DNA of 64,000 nt from Phoronis australis. Lineage: Eukaryota; Animalia; Phoronida. The stretch covers positions 1 through 64,000 of the forward strand of contig NMRA01000554.1 of the NCBI GenBank assembly GCA_002633005.1. The letters are read 5' to 3'. Both the position numbers and the translations under genes were made by a program. This document shows positions 38,640 through 53,102 of this stretch, in pieces; positions within the stretch are counted from its first letter, which is position 1; every line of letters begins with the position of its first letter. The notes beneath the pieces are model-generated. The model saw nothing but the letters and a program-made list of their open reading frames with translations. It was not told the origin of the DNA and made no database searches.

Positions 38640-39420
38640 GTGCAGACCTCTCCATTTATCCACATTTGTGTCCGAGGAATCTGTTAAAATTGTGTTTGTA
38701 AACGTTTGTAACTTCAACTTGAAACCGTTAAAAAGAAAGGTTTTTCTACCTTTGTTGTCTAATAAATGAAGTAAAGTGCATCAATGGTATTGCAAATTAA
38801 TTTGTGATTTTGTTTAGAGTTTTGAACAAAATCTAATATGCCCCAAATCGTAAACATGCACTGAGCCTTTAGGGCTTTATTTAAGAGTGCTTGCACTGAT
38901 TCCCAGAAAGTCCTGACACAGGTGCAATAGTAAAACATATAAAGTAAAGTCTGCAACTCATCACAATAGGGGAACTTAACAGTTTGTACCACCGCTATTT
39001 TGTTATGTGATATTTGTAAATATTCTTCTATCGATAAAGAGGTACCTGAAGTTCTTTAATTCAGGATTTATGGGAAGGTTGATTTCTTTTTCATTATGAT
39101 AATTACTTAAAAGCACATAATTGTCAAATTTATGTGCAAAAGTATGTATAGTTCAATTTTTAAACCAATCTTTACTACAACCATTATAAATAATAAAATG
39201 AAAGATGTTACAACCAATAGATCTTGCTTCTAGTTCTCCAAGATGCTTCATCAATGCATTAACAACCACAGTGTATTGCAATATACAAAAAATTTTGAGA
39301 TTGTATTTATTTTTGATAAAATCCCAGCCATTTTCATTATCTGGAAAAATAAAATGTATGACATAGAGAAAACGAAATGCAGAAATGCCACATTATTTGA
39401 TTTTACGATATTCAAATACA
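38640..39420 (-). mobile_element. Old L1/Tx1-like LINE 3' fragment
   Basis: FPYCDELQTLLYMFYYCTCVRTFW resembles a decayed C-terminal CCHC (zf-RVT) motif. Boundaries are approximate. Confidence 0.5.
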
Positions 39421-40131
39421 GCAATCAAAATAGTCGGACAGCTGGATCGACGAGTTTCTCCATCAGAGGGAATTGAAACCGGGGGCACGAATAATGTGCG
39501 GGAACAGGGTTGGTCAGTCCTGGAGGGCAGGCCGAGCCCCGCGAGGGCAGGGAAGTCTTTTTAGTGCCTTGATAATGGAATGATATTAACCAACTGAAGA
39601 GAGGAACGTAAGCGACACTAGTTCCCATCGAGTCACGTGGTCGTGAAAACATTTTATACCAGTATGTGACTAAATTAACGGCAGACCCCGTCAAAAACAT
39701 TTTTCAACCATGAAAACGACTCTAATATTTTTAACGGGGACGAAATTTGCTGCTACACCTCGAAACCTTTGATTCGCCAACGGTGGGCTGGTACAACTAG
39801 TTGGGCCAATACTCTAAGAAATGTTCAGTTGTTTGAACGGAAAAGGACAATCGTTTCGTAGCAACTGAACTCTGCGGATCAAGGCTGTGGAGCCATGAAG
39901 CTCTCTTGAGTCCAATATCATTCTCGGACATCGGCCTCAGGTAACATTGTTCACCCTCGGGCCATCTATAACTTGAGTTTTGTATATTAATTCCCAATTA
40001 CATAATAATCACATCGTATTATGACGAGGCTTAACAATTACTTTTTGACAATTAAAACGCGTCACAAATAATGACGCTTCAGTTGCATTCTGTCAAGACG
40101 TTCTCTTCTGAGGTAGACGTTTAAAGAAATC

Positions 40132-43100
40132 ATGGGTCGAAAAAGTACTAAGAATTTCGTCCGAATGGACAGTGTGACAGCTTTATTTTATGTGGCAAAA
40201 CTGAAGCAAAGGCGGAAGTGAGTAAATGTATATAAAAATATTGTTTTAAACTCTATAGTAGCTGTTTTTTGTGATTGGTGATAAAAAACTCAATATTAAT
40301 AGAATGCTGTTGGTGCGATGTATAGCCTAGAGTGTTTGAAGAAATAATTTTATGAAAATCTTCGATTCTTAAGGTCTGTAACATAAATTCATAAGCGTAC
40401 AATAAAGAGGTGCGAGTTACAACACAACTGAAAGTATTAGTTTAATGATACATTGATTCTTTCTTCTCTTCTCGTTCAGGATGAAAGTAGAAGTGGTGAA
40501 AGGCCTGATGAAAGCAGCGAAAGATTGTTTGAATAACAAAAAGACTCTAGCGAAAAATATCAAAAGTAAGTACACGTACTACGAAGACTTATATACGTAG
40601 CTTGGCAAGGAGTATTAAAAATATTTAGACAATTATTCTGTAGGCAAAACGGTGTATTGTCTAAAAATGAAAAATCTTAATGTGATATAGTTAACATCAA
40701 GTATTCGAAAGTTGAAAGAGTGTAGCATTGAGGGTGTATTTTACAGAATTCTCGGCGGATCCAAAAGTGGCACAAGGATTCCGGCAACTTTTCGAGAAGA
40801 TCGGAGAAATTAAAGTGCAATTGGATACCAACCGGGAACAGGTCGAAGCTGAAATCAAGAGTATCGACAGGTCAGTGAACACCACGAAAATAAACGAACA
40901 TTACATTCTCAAATTGTCCAAGATTTTACACCACGAGAAGAAAATTGAGACCACGATTAAGAATATTATTCTAAATTCTTTGAATAACATGTGTTTTTGG
41001 TCTGATGTAGGTTAGTGTGAATAATATTTTAATGGGACATGCTTTATTACTTCAGGTGTCTCACAGAAGGGTTCAGGCCCCATAGCCCCCCTTTGAATTC
41101 GTGCTTGCAAGCAACAGTGTACAATGGATATTAAAAAATGTATTTACAGTACCTCAGCTGCTGTCGTAAGATTAGAGAAGAAGTTCCGTACCGCAAGCGA
41201 CGAATTGGCAAGACTGAAAGCGGTAAATATCGAAAGCGTAGGATTTTTCAAGCTATATCACACTAGAGGAATTAGGCATATGCGTCATACCCTCACTTAA
41301 AGTAGTAGACATTTGTCCTTAGTCTGTTCGACTGTTTTTCGTGCATTTTGACCACAGTTTTAAAAAGTACCCAAGTTTTACTCAACTAGTTAATCTTGCA
41401 CTGAAAATTCTTCGACGCCCGCCCTTTTAAATCAACCTCCACACACCTTCAGTATGTCATAACAACTCTGAAATTACGCTGTTCAGGAAATAATATTTTC
41501 AATTATATAATTATACAATTATATCAAGATTTGAGTACAGCTATAACCAGGACTTTGTTATCCTTAGCGCAAGGTAATATTTTATCGCTGACGAACCCTC
41601 ACACAAAACAGTTCTCGCAAAAACATTTCATGTTTTACAGAACGAAGGCGACTTACAGAATCGTCTCTTCAAATTACCCCCCGGCGAAGGGCCACATCAA
41701 AAGAAAAGGGCCAAAATCTACACCCAGCTAGAAGGACTTAAGACGAGAATAATTTCACATAGTAGTCTCGTCAAGACATCCGTTTGTGAATTAAAGAAGG
41801 TGAGCGTAGCAAACAATCGTGCGATTGAAAATCTAAAGTGCTAAAACCATTAGCGCGGTGTGCATGAACTTCATGTTGTGTAGAACCTTACTGACAAGTG
41901 TGTGTAGTTAACTAGGTCTGTACAAAACCACATTTTTAACTCAATAAAGTTATATATTTTCTGAAAACAAAAAGTCTATAGAATCTGATTTTTTACTTTT
42001 TACCAGTCTGCCGTCTATTGGGTCGCGTGACCATGTCTTTAAATAAATATTACCACAAAAGAAAGGGACATTGATAGCAAGACAACCGTGTCAATAACGT
42101 GACTAAATTTCAAATGAGATACAAAAGATCACGATGAAATCTCAAAAACGCTGTTACCTTTTCTAAATAATCGTTTCGTTATCTTTTTATGCAATTATAA
42201 TTTCTTTGCATCAAACCACTATAAAGCAGTTCTTAACAACGTTTTTTGAGAACAGTGCATGATGCATAGTATCTGAAAGTTTCACTATCCAAATAGCATC
42301 TTCTTAGATATGAAGTTTCAAACTTCGACATTTTCCAAGGTAATACATTATGTGGCTTCAAGAACAGGTCGGCAGGCTATGGGCATATCTCATACTTGAA
42401 GCCCTGAAAAGGCTGTTAAAACTGTGAATCTATTAAAAACCCCATTTAGCCATTATTCTAAATGTTCATCAATGTCAGGTCAAACGATGGGAGCCATTTT
42501 CAGACTTACGATTATACGCTTGTGTTTCAGTTGGTTGCCGTAATGGACGACATGGCGTATGGCTATTTACGAATCGACGACGACGATTCCTGCAGGTTAG
42601 GAACCTAAAATTTCATAAAATACCGCAAGTTTGGTCTTTGAAAGTGTAAATGAACAGAGGCTTGTTTATACCGTCTCTCTTTCTCTCCGTTTTCTCGTAT
42701 GCATGTTTAATGGCACTGTGTTTTTCAACTCATAGATAGACACATTTAAATTTTAAAACGACCCGTATTACAGATGGGCACGCGGATGTAGTTTTTGCTA
42801 CTTATCATCACCTTTCGTCGTCGTCATCATCAACTTTATTGCCATCGTAGTCGTCGTTATTGCATTCCAATAAATTAACATGGTTTCCTCATGTTTTTCA
42901 GTGTGTCTGTCGATAACTGCGCTTCTAACAGGGCCGTGCTGCAGGAGACGTCACAAGTTGTTACGACGTGTAGTGCAAAGAAGGTTGAAAGTCCAGTAGA
43001 ATGTGACATTGTGGTTGCTCATGGACAATCTAGCCAATTGTCAAGTGTCGAAAGTCAAACAGTTCATGACACAGAAATCGCGGAGAACCAGATATCACCG

Positions 43101-43187
43101 ATATCTCCTGCAGAAAACGCAATTCACGCCATGGGAACGGAGCTTCATACTTATGCAAAGGCGATTTCAATGTCTCAAATTTGTTAA
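40132..43187 (+). CDS. Paralogue B: 7-exon gene, 292 aa
   Basis: Exons 40132-40217, 40480-40565, 40747-40870, 41150-41222, 41641-41799, 42531-42595, 42902-43187. All GT-AG, open frame. Confidence 0.88.
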
Positions 43188-46100
43188 GGCTACAAAATGT
43201 CGCAACGGACTACAGCAAATCTGTGACTTTTGACAATTCTTCCAGAGACAATATTGATTCTCTCTAACTATTAAATTCACTCAGTAGCGTGAAGAGGTTT
43301 GGTGATACCCTGAGGCAATTTCCTTTATTGGATTCCTGCCTTCGACCCACGTAGGTCTCGGCAGTTGAGCCATTTATTTTTCGGCCTAACAGTTGCTTTT
43401 TGCTCCCCACTTCGTTCCTGTCGGTTTTTTGTTGAATACGATTTTCCGTCGATCTCCCCCAGTCCCCAGCCCCCCCCCCCCTCCCCCCGACTGGAGATAC
43501 TCCAGTATTGGAGTGACGTGTTGCATCGGAACATCCCGTATAGTTCACATATAGAAGTACCCCCCGGACCTGTCCGCTTTCTCACGGTTTGGATTTCCTT
43601 CCATGTGAATGCTGCCGCCCCCACCTCTGCACGCTGCTTTGTTCACTTTTGTCAGCCGCATATTTGTATCTCCAAATGTTGCCAAAAAAGACGCCAGGTA
43701 TGTTTCTGTACATGCGACAACTGTACATGGAAGAAGCGTTTCAGGCTCGATCGATTCAGCTACTGGTCAAATCATCGTACTCCAGCCCAAAATTGGATGA
43801 CAAAGAATAGCCCTAGAAATTTGCACATACATCTACAGGGTGACCTAAAAATCAGACACAAAATTTTGTATCAAATTTAGAGTTTTATGATTTTGGCAGA
43901 ACAAAAAGTTTCAACACAAACTGTATCGTATGATTTAACCTTTGTGGAAAGATCATTTGTTGTCTGGCGTCTGTATGTTCACTAACGTTTAAGTATGCGT
44001 GCAATTAAAATTCCTATGTGTTCCTGTTTTAGGTTCCTCCAAACATAGTAAATATTTCAATGCACAAACGGCGTCATTTGGTTGATTTACGGTGTCTTTT
44101 TTCATTATCTTATTTTGTCTGCATTTTCTTACTATTGTAAATAAAATAAAAAACATCAAAATTAATTTGTGTTCGTTTTAATTAATGACAAAACAAATCC
44201 ACAGACGGAGCCAAGCGTAATATTAAGGGTTATTTTTCCAATGAAAAGTAGACTTTATCAATCTCATGAACAAAATCCAGGCCTCGTTGCAATTCGCTCT
44301 GACCTGATCTTGAAATAAGGAAATCTATCACAGGAAAGAGATTCTTCAGTAATGACTGCCTTTGACGCCCCAGGGTGCTTACCGTAAAGTGTGTATTTAA
44401 AGGTCCGATTTGTCAACATTAGAAAGTGCGCCTATTAGGCGCACACGCCTTTTCGAGAGGTATTTTACAGAATCACAGCCCATCTATTTTTTATTATTCT
44501 CTGCTACATGTATTTTGTTCTTGGAATGCGGTCAAGAATCCTGCTTAGAAAAAAATTAAGGGACATTACCGGTTTTACGGAAAACACATTTTGGGGATTA
44601 GTGTCAGATTAGTGAGATTTGTTGGAGTGACAAGATTGGCCAGATCTATAAAATAACTACGATTTACCTATATCAGAAATTGCGTCTATATCCGGAATTA
44701 GGCGCATATGTCTTTTCGAGAACCATTTGAGAAAAACCATGCTCAAAAGTCATGCTTCAGAGTCGCTTCCAATTTATTTTTTTAAATATTCTCGGCTATT
44801 TTGCTCTTGGAATGCGGTCGAGATTCTTTCCAAACTAAAATTAATGGACATCATCGGTTTTACGGAAAACATATTTTGAGGATTATTTAGGATCAGATAG
44901 ATTTCTTGAAGCTATTAGACTGGCCAGATCTATAAAATAACATAATTCGTTTTTTGTGATTTTATTGCAATCAGCCAAATACTACTGTTGTCTGTTAGAC
45001 ATTTGATGAAATCAAGATCAGTGCGATGACTCTAATGTTCAGTGCACCGAGAATTAATAATGTACCAAATTTCCTTATCCTCCACAAGTATAAAAACATT
45101 AAAACGTCTTTTCCAGCAGGTAGTCATTGAACTGAACTGAACTTAACTGTTATACCTTGATATTCCAACTAGCAACAATACACTTTATAAATGAACAGAA
45201 TTTCTTGTTTGAGAAATAATCTTGGAAATGCGCTGTCAAACCAAGTCGCGTGTGCCTGCATCCACAACACGTACCCTGAGGGTATGGACCCTCGAAAAAT
45301 GGCTAAATTTGTCGAACTTTGAAACATATCACAGTAATGGCTGATTTGATTCTTATGAAACTTTCATGTAGCATGTTTATGCACTGTTCTTCAAGACACT
45401 GATAGCAAATGTTTTTAAAATTTTTCAATTTTGCCTGAGGGGCTATCAAAGTACAGGAATTGTATGATTTTTTGAAATATTCAAAAGTTTCCTACAACGA
45501 AACCGAAATGATAATTTATAAAACTGTAACATGGTATTTGAGATTTCATCTTGAAAATTTATATCAAACAAATTTCACCATGTTATTGATACGTTTTTTA
45601 ATGAATTATTTTCCTAGTTCATATGAGCAAGGACAAAGATCTGGGATTCCCTTCCGTTGCTTTAGAATCAGTTTGTAGAGGATTTAACTGAAATGAAATG
45701 TACATCCGGGCTTCGTTTTAACAAACAAAAACATTTAAGACGAAAATCAATTCTACAGGCTTTCGAATTTTAACCATTCAATGCCGGATGAGTGAGGTAA
45801 AGTTTTTAACCCCCAAAGCGCTTCATTTAAGTATTCGCCATTGACAGCTATAAAGAGCCGAAATGCAGCTGTAAAAAATCTCGGCAGTAATACAGTGTTC
45901 ACGTGTCTTAGCGATCAGAAGTGAATTCGTGGACTGAAAACAATCACAAGTGACCGCTCGTCAAACGTCTGATCGGCCTTCACATTATGTGATCCCAGAT
46001 CAAGTGGCAGATCCGCCTTTTTGCTTGAGAAACCTACTTACCAAGGACCTACATGTAAATTGTGCTTTGCAGTGGTGAGGGAGGTTTTTGTTGGCCATAG

Positions 46101-46543
46101 CGATATTGCTTAAAGGCACATTATTTCTGGTTGATCTTCCATCACAGATTTCCGTTTCTGTTTACATTGCCTTAAAACTATACTGGTTGATTATTTACCT
46201 GAGACAAATCACATTTTAGGAAACAGATTCCTGTTCAGCTTCATTCCTAATGTAGGTCGTCGCAATTCTCTAGGAATGGTTTTGATGTGGGACCAGTTGA
46301 CTTAACAGACAATTTTTGTACTTTTAATCAAGAAATAAATCAGGACTGTCCGCAGATTGAGTAGGCACCGACTCGGCTTTACTCGCCAACTAAGACGGCG
46401 GGGCGGGAAGACCGTGTTCGTACGGCCTCAGACACGCAAAGTCATGTTAACAAGAGAATGATCAACAAAAACAAAAAAAAACAAATCAAAAGCTCAGCTT
46501 AGATATTAATGCAGTTCCCTGTTATAACATTTAAAAACAAAAG

Positions 46544-48217
46544 CAACGCAGAGCGTTGAAATGCGCCCGCGAATGCATCGCAAATGGTGTGCTTTTAGGG
46601 TTATTTATTTGTATCATAAAAATGGCCACTAGATGGCGCAAAAACGTACAATCTATCAAAAGGAACTTCAGAAAAACAAAGGAAAACAGAATAAAATGAA
46701 ATTGCTACTTAAGTGGGGCACAGTGTCCGTTGGATCCGCCTGAAAGTCGTTGAAATCTCTTGTTTTCTTCATTACAAATACACTCACTAAATTTAATAAA
46801 GATCCTGCAGTGGGTTTAGGAGATACAGCTATGGGCACAAAACAAAACAAAACTACCACTAGGAGGAGCCACAGTAGTCAGTCGCCATCGTCAAACGTCG
46901 TCCCCTTTACACTGAGAACATATATATAGGTTTTAAAACCATCCCTAGAATGATTTGGTTGATAGAAGGATGGGTGCCAAAAACAAGATTCGAAAACTGC
47001 AAAAATGACCACCAGGTGGCGCAAATTACCTCGATTCCGTCCAAAAACATGAGGATAGCGTCACCTCATCAATAGATGCCAATATTCAAAATTTTATGAA
47101 AATCTGTTGAGGACCTTTGAACATACAGAGTTAAACGTAAAAACTGAAATTGCCACTAGGGGATACACCAGCAGTCAGACCCCTCCGAAAGTTGTCGTCG
47201 TTCATTGCCCATATCGTATGAATACACTTTCTAAATTTAGTAAAGATCCTGCGAACGGTTTAGGAGATACAGGCATAGGCGCAAAAAACAAAACTCCGAC
47301 TAGGAGGCGCCACAGTAGTTGAAGTCGTTGAAAAATCATCATCATCCGTCCACTTCACAGTATGAACGTACATGCCAATTTTCATAACCATTCTTCGAGC
47401 GGTTTGGTTGATAGAGGGGTGGACGCAAAAACAGACTCGAAAACAGTAAAATTGGCCACTAGGTGGCGCAAACTACGTCGCATCCATCCGAAAACTGGAG
47501 AACAACGTCATCTCACTAATATGTGCCTACATATTGAATTTTATGAAAATCCGTTGAGGACTTTTGAAAATATAGAGGTAAACGTAAAAAACTAAAATTG
47601 CCACTAGGGGGCACACCGGTAGACGGATCCATCCGAAAGTCGTCGTCATCTGTTGTCAACGTCATATAAATACACTTCCTAAATTTAGTAGTGATCCCTC
47701 AAACGGTTTAGGAGATACAGCCATAAGCACAAAAAACAGAACTGCCGCTAGGAGGCGCCACAGTAGTGCAAATCGTCGGAAAATCACCGTCAGCCGTCCA
47801 CTTTATAGTAAGAATATACATGCCAATTTTCACAATCATCCTTTAAGCGGCTTGGTTGATAGAGGGTGTAAAAATGGCCACTAGGTGGCGCAAACTACGT
47901 TGAACCCATCCGAAAACGGCAGGACAGCGCCATCTCACTAATAGGAGCCTATATACCACATTAATTTATAAAAATCTGTCCAGAACTTTTGAAGATATAG
48001 AGGTAAACGTAAAAAACTAAAATTGCCACTAGGGGGCACACCGGTAGTCAGATCCGTTCGAAACTTCGCTCATGCCGTCCCATCCACGGAAGGAACACAT
48101 GTGCAAAATTTCATGAGCATACGTCAAGGCGTTTTGGAGACGCCGGACACCGGACGCTGGACGCCGGACACCGGATGACGGCATAATGCGTCCACATATA
48201 AATATGTGGGCGCATAA
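46544..48217 (-). mobile_element. Full-length DINE-1/HINE-type Helentron between paralogues B and C
   Basis: Both termini present, (CCGGACA/G)n tract, 11 CCACTAG-type motifs. The empty site in the paralogous flank is at ~37340-37365. Confidence 0.87.
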
Positions 48218-49078
48218 GAAAACACTAAACTTTTAAGTAATAGTGTATTTCAGTCGTGATTCAATAGTAAAAATATACATAGAAGTGATATATACATATA
48301 CTATATCAAATTTAAAATTCGTGACATGTCATGTTCCCATAATATTGAAAATTGCCTGACGTTCTCATGCAGTGACTCTTAAAACGTTTAATTTACGTAG
48401 CTAGGTGTAAAAAATAGTCCCCAGTTTCTGTCATTTCCTTAAGATATTACAAAGAGAATGTTACATTCAAACAAGAATTTTATTAAATAATGGTAATTTA
48501 GATGAATACCATGCAACCTGGAAAAACTAATTAATCATAACCTTTTTCCTGATAACATCCTACTAAAAGTGGGTGGGTATGTTGTTTGCATATTTGTATG
48601 TTAAGAGTGAGAATGGTTTACTTTTTTGTCTTACATGTCTTTGTATTTGCGTTCCATATACCAATAAAAATTGAAGTCCCTAATGATCCTTAGAGTAATT
48701 TTTCAGGGGGTTGAAGTTTGTTGTTAGATCTCGAAGCCTAATAGAGGTAATGTTGAGCTCAATATTCTAAGAAATTTTCAGTTCTTTGAGCGCAAAAGGA
48801 GATAAACAATTGCTTCGTAGCAACATAGCTCTGCGGCTAAAGGATGCGGAGCCATAAAGGCTCTCTTGAGACAAATATTGTCCTTGGCCATCCGCCATGG
48901 GTAACACTGGTCTATAACTTGATATTTGCATATAAATCCCTAATTACAAAAAATTCACATCACTTTAAAACGAGGCTTAACAATTACTTTTTTGACGATC
49001 GAAACGCGTCACAAATAATGACGCTTCAGTTGCATTCTGTAAAGACGTTCTCTTCTCAGGTAGACGTTTAAAGAAATC

Positions 49079-52000
49079 ATGGATCGAAAAAATAAGAAGT
49101 TTGTTCGGATGGACACTGTGGCAGCTTTGTTTTGTGTGGAAAAACTGAAGGAAAGGCGGAAGTGAGTAAATGTATTTAAAAATAGTAATTAAAAATACTA
49201 TTTAACGTACAAAAGAACTGTTTTCGTGATTGGTGATGCAAAATGTGATATTAAATGAATGCTACTGCTAAGATGTCTAGCCTACAGTGTTTTAACAAAT
49301 ACAATTTATTAAAATCTTCGATTCTTCAAGTCCATAACATCATTTCAGGAGCGAACAAGGGAGGTGAGCGAGCTACGACTCAATTGGAAATGTAATTTCA
49401 ATGATGCATAATTCTTTCTTCTCTCATTGTTCAGGATGAAAGTAAAAGTGGTGAAAGGCCTTACGAAAGCAGCGAAAGGTTGCTTGAATAATAAAAAGAC
49501 TCTAGCGAAAAATATCAAAAGTAAGTACATGTACTACGAAGACTAAAAAACGTAGCTTGGCAAGGAGCATTAAAAATATTTAGACTAGTTCTGAACGCAA
49601 AACGGTGTATTTCCTGAAAATACAAAATTTTAATGTTATATAGTTAACACAAAGTATTCCAAAGTTGAAATGGTGCAGTATTGATGGTTTCTTTTACAGA
49701 GTTCTCGGCGGATCCAAAAGTGGCACAAGGATTCCGGCAACTTTTCGAGAAGTTGGGAGAAATAAAAGAGCAACTGGATGCCGACCTGGAACAGGTCCAT
49801 GCTGAAATCAAGAGTATCGACAGGTCAGTGACAACCACAAAAGTATCCGAATACTACATCCTCAATCGTCATAGAGTGCGTACCACGAAAAGAAAATTGA
49901 GACAATGATTAAGAATATTATTCAAAATTCCATGAATAAGATGTGTTTTTTTCTTTGAATAAGATGTGTTATTTCTGATGTAACTTTAATTTTTCAATAG
50001 TGCGACTTTTATGACTCCAGGTGTGTAACAGAAGGGGTTCAGGCCTCATAGTCCCCCTTTGAATAAGTGCCTGCAAGCAACAGTTTAGAATGGATATCTA
50101 AAATTGTGTTTACAGTACTACAGCCGCTGCCGTGAGATTAGAGAAAGAGTTCCGTACCGCCAGCGACGAATTGGCAAGACTGAAAATGGTAACAATGGAA
50201 TGAAAGCGGAATATTTTAATTAAAGTTATATCACACTAGGAAAATTAGGCATATGAGCCTAATCCCCACTTACAGTAATGAACATGTGTCCCTAGTCTGC
50301 TTGAATGTTTTTTGTGCATATTGACCATTGCAAAAATTTCAATCAAATGGTTATTCTTAAACTAAAACCACTTCGACGCCTACCATTTTGAAAAAAATCA
50401 ACTTGCACCCAGTTGTTTCGATTGCGTGCGCCTGAATTCGTAGATAGGTGCATTTTCACATACAAGAGCATGGGCGCCTCACTGGGGCGGATCCAGGATT
50501 TTGAGTTAGGGGGGTAGGGCACAGTAATAACCAGAATGTCGGCAGATGCGCGCGCCCAGCTTAAATTGTGGGGATGCAGGGTTCTCGAATTTTGGGTTTG
50601 CGGACCTGTTGACTAAAAAAAAAAAACGGTAAACGGGGCATATGCATTGTTTATTCACCTATTCACCCCCTTGCTTGCTGCCCGCATGTGCTAGTCAGCA
50701 ATCTAAAGAACCTCCGCCATATCATAACAACTCTGAAATTATGCTCTTCAGGATATTTTCACAATTATATAATTATACAGTTGTGTCGATATTTGAGTGC
50801 AGCTAAAAACCAAGGCTTTGATATTTTTAGCGGCAAGATATCTTATCGCTGACAAAAGATGACCTCCGTACAAAACAGTCTTTGCAAAAACAATTCATGT
50901 TTTTCAGAAAGAAGGCGACTTACAGAATCGTCTTTTCAAATTATCTCCCGGCGAAAGGCCGCATCAAAAGAAAAGGGACAAAATCTACACCCAGCTGGAA
51001 GGACTTAAGACGAGAATAATTTCACATGGTAGTCTCGTCAAGACATCCGCTTGCGAATTAAGGAAGGTGAGCATACGATAAAATGGTGCCAATAAAATTC
51101 TGAAATGCGAAAACCATGAGCGCCGTGTGCATCAACTGATGTTATGTAGGGCCGTATTGACAAGTCAGGTATCTAGAAAACCACATTATAACTATATAAA
51201 AGTAAATATTTTCTGAAAGGAAAAAGCCTACAGAATCCGTAAAACTACCCCTTGATTATGCAAAAGTGCGCGTTCAACAAGAGAAGAACGACGATCGTTA
51301 AAGAACTAAAGTAAGCTCTGTTTAAGCCAAAGTACGCGCTGATTAAGCACATTTCTACGCGCAGAAAGGTCCTCGTTTAAGAATTGTTTGGCGCTTCATA
51401 TAGCACTAACGTTTACCCTTGCAAATTTTGAGACCCCATCCAAGTTTCAAATTTCTTGCCAAATCGATATGTCACTCCGCGACGTAATGACTATTAAATG
51501 ATCACATGTTTAACAAATCTATAATAAGTGAGGGATAAAGCATAGTATCTGCAAGTTTCACATGAACGCAAACTGCAGTTTCTGAGATGTGATGTTCCAA
51601 ACTTCGACATTTTTCAACGGACAGACATGCACTTAAAGGACACGTGGTTATGGAAATGTCTCACACCCTATTAAAGTTGTACATCCACTAAAAAGCCCAT
51701 TTAGCCATTATTCTAAATGCTCATTAATGTCAGGTCAAACGATGGGAGCCATTTTCAGACTGATGATTATACGCTTGTGTTTCAGTTGGTTGACGTGATG
51801 GATGACATGGCGTGCGGCCATTTGCGAATCGAAAACGACGATTCTTCCAGGTAAGAAACACCTTGTTTCACATCCAGTGTCTTGCCTTTGAAATTCTAAT
51901 TAAACGGAGGCGTATTTATATGGTCAGGTTTTCCCTCCGTTTTCTCTTATGTATACTTTATGACACTGCGTTTTTCAACTCATGGATAGACAACTTTAAA

Positions 52001-52422
52001 TTTTAAATTGACCCAGATTACAGGTGAATACTTGGCCGTAGTATTTTGCTGTCATCACGGTCGTCGCCATTTTCATCTTTTGTCGTCGTCATTATTGCTT
52101 CCGTATAAATCAACATGTCTTGATCATGTTTTTCAGAACTTCTATCGATAACTGCGCCACTAACAGGACCGTGCTGCAGGAGACGTCACAAGTTGTTACG
52201 ACGTGTAGTGCAAAGAAGTATGACCGTGCAGAAGAGTGTGGCATTATGGTTGCTCATGGACAATCTAGCGAGTTGTCAAGAGTCGAAAGTCAAACAGTTC
52301 ATGACACAGAAATGGCGGAGAACCAGATAACACAGATATCTCCTGCAGAAAACGCGATTCACGCCATGGGAACGGAGCTTCATATTGATGCGCAGACAAC
52401 TCCACAGTCTCAGAATTGGTGA
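49079..52422 (+). CDS. Paralogue C: 7-exon gene, 291 aa (most diverged)
   Basis: Exons 49079-49161, 49435-49520, 49700-49823, 50116-50188, 50908-51066, 51786-51850, 52137-52422. The only exonic indel is an in-frame 3-nt loss in exon 1. Confidence 0.88.
50482..50715. mobile_element. MITE-like insertion in intron 4 of paralogue C
   Basis: Starts CTGGGGCGGATCCAGGATTTT; absent from the same intron in A and B. Confidence 0.5.
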
Positions 52423-52666
52423 TGGCCACCAAATGTCTCAAAGGATCGTAGGAAATCTGACTTTGACAATTCAACCAGAGACAATATTAATTCTCTCTAA
52501 CTATTACGTTCACTCAGTCGCGTGAAGAGGTTTGGTGATAACCTGGGGTGATTTCTTTTATTCGATGCCCCTTTGCTAATCACTTTGTTCCTCTCGGTTT
52601 TGTCGTTGACACCGATTTTGTCCCAATATCCCCTTGCCCCCCCCCNNNNNNNNNNCCCCCCCCCCC

Positions 52667-53102
52667 CCCGAGAAGGGTATACTCCAGTATTGAAGTGACG
52701 GGGTCTGCCACCCGAAAATCACGATACCTACCCTTTTGTAGAGACATTCCATAAAAAGTCACTCTTCGTAGGTAAATATCATGAAACGTCACCTTTTGCA
52801 ACCTTGCCGGTTGCACTGTTGCACTGCTCACGCCGAGAAACACGGGCGCGAAGCGATTGCATCCCGGTGGTTGCATCCTGAAAGACGCAAATACTCTCGG
52901 TATGTGTAAGTGATAGATTTTAGAAGCGGGTTTATATCATACCCTTCTATAGAGATTTTTGCTGAAAATGATACCCTTTTGGAGGGATTTTTAACCAAAA
53001 TATTGACCCATCCGTATGAATTCAGACGAAAAGGGAACCCTGAAAGGTGACTCTTTCCGGGCTGCAAATCCTGTATACTCCACATATGGATGTACCCCCG
53101 GG
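52667..53102. mobile_element. Non-autonomous DNA transposon (CCCG..GGGTA / TACCCCCGGG ends)
   Basis: Imperfect TIRs. The same site in the A duplicate and in B holds only an ~80-bp internally deleted version (30676-30756, 43486-43567). Confidence 0.55.
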
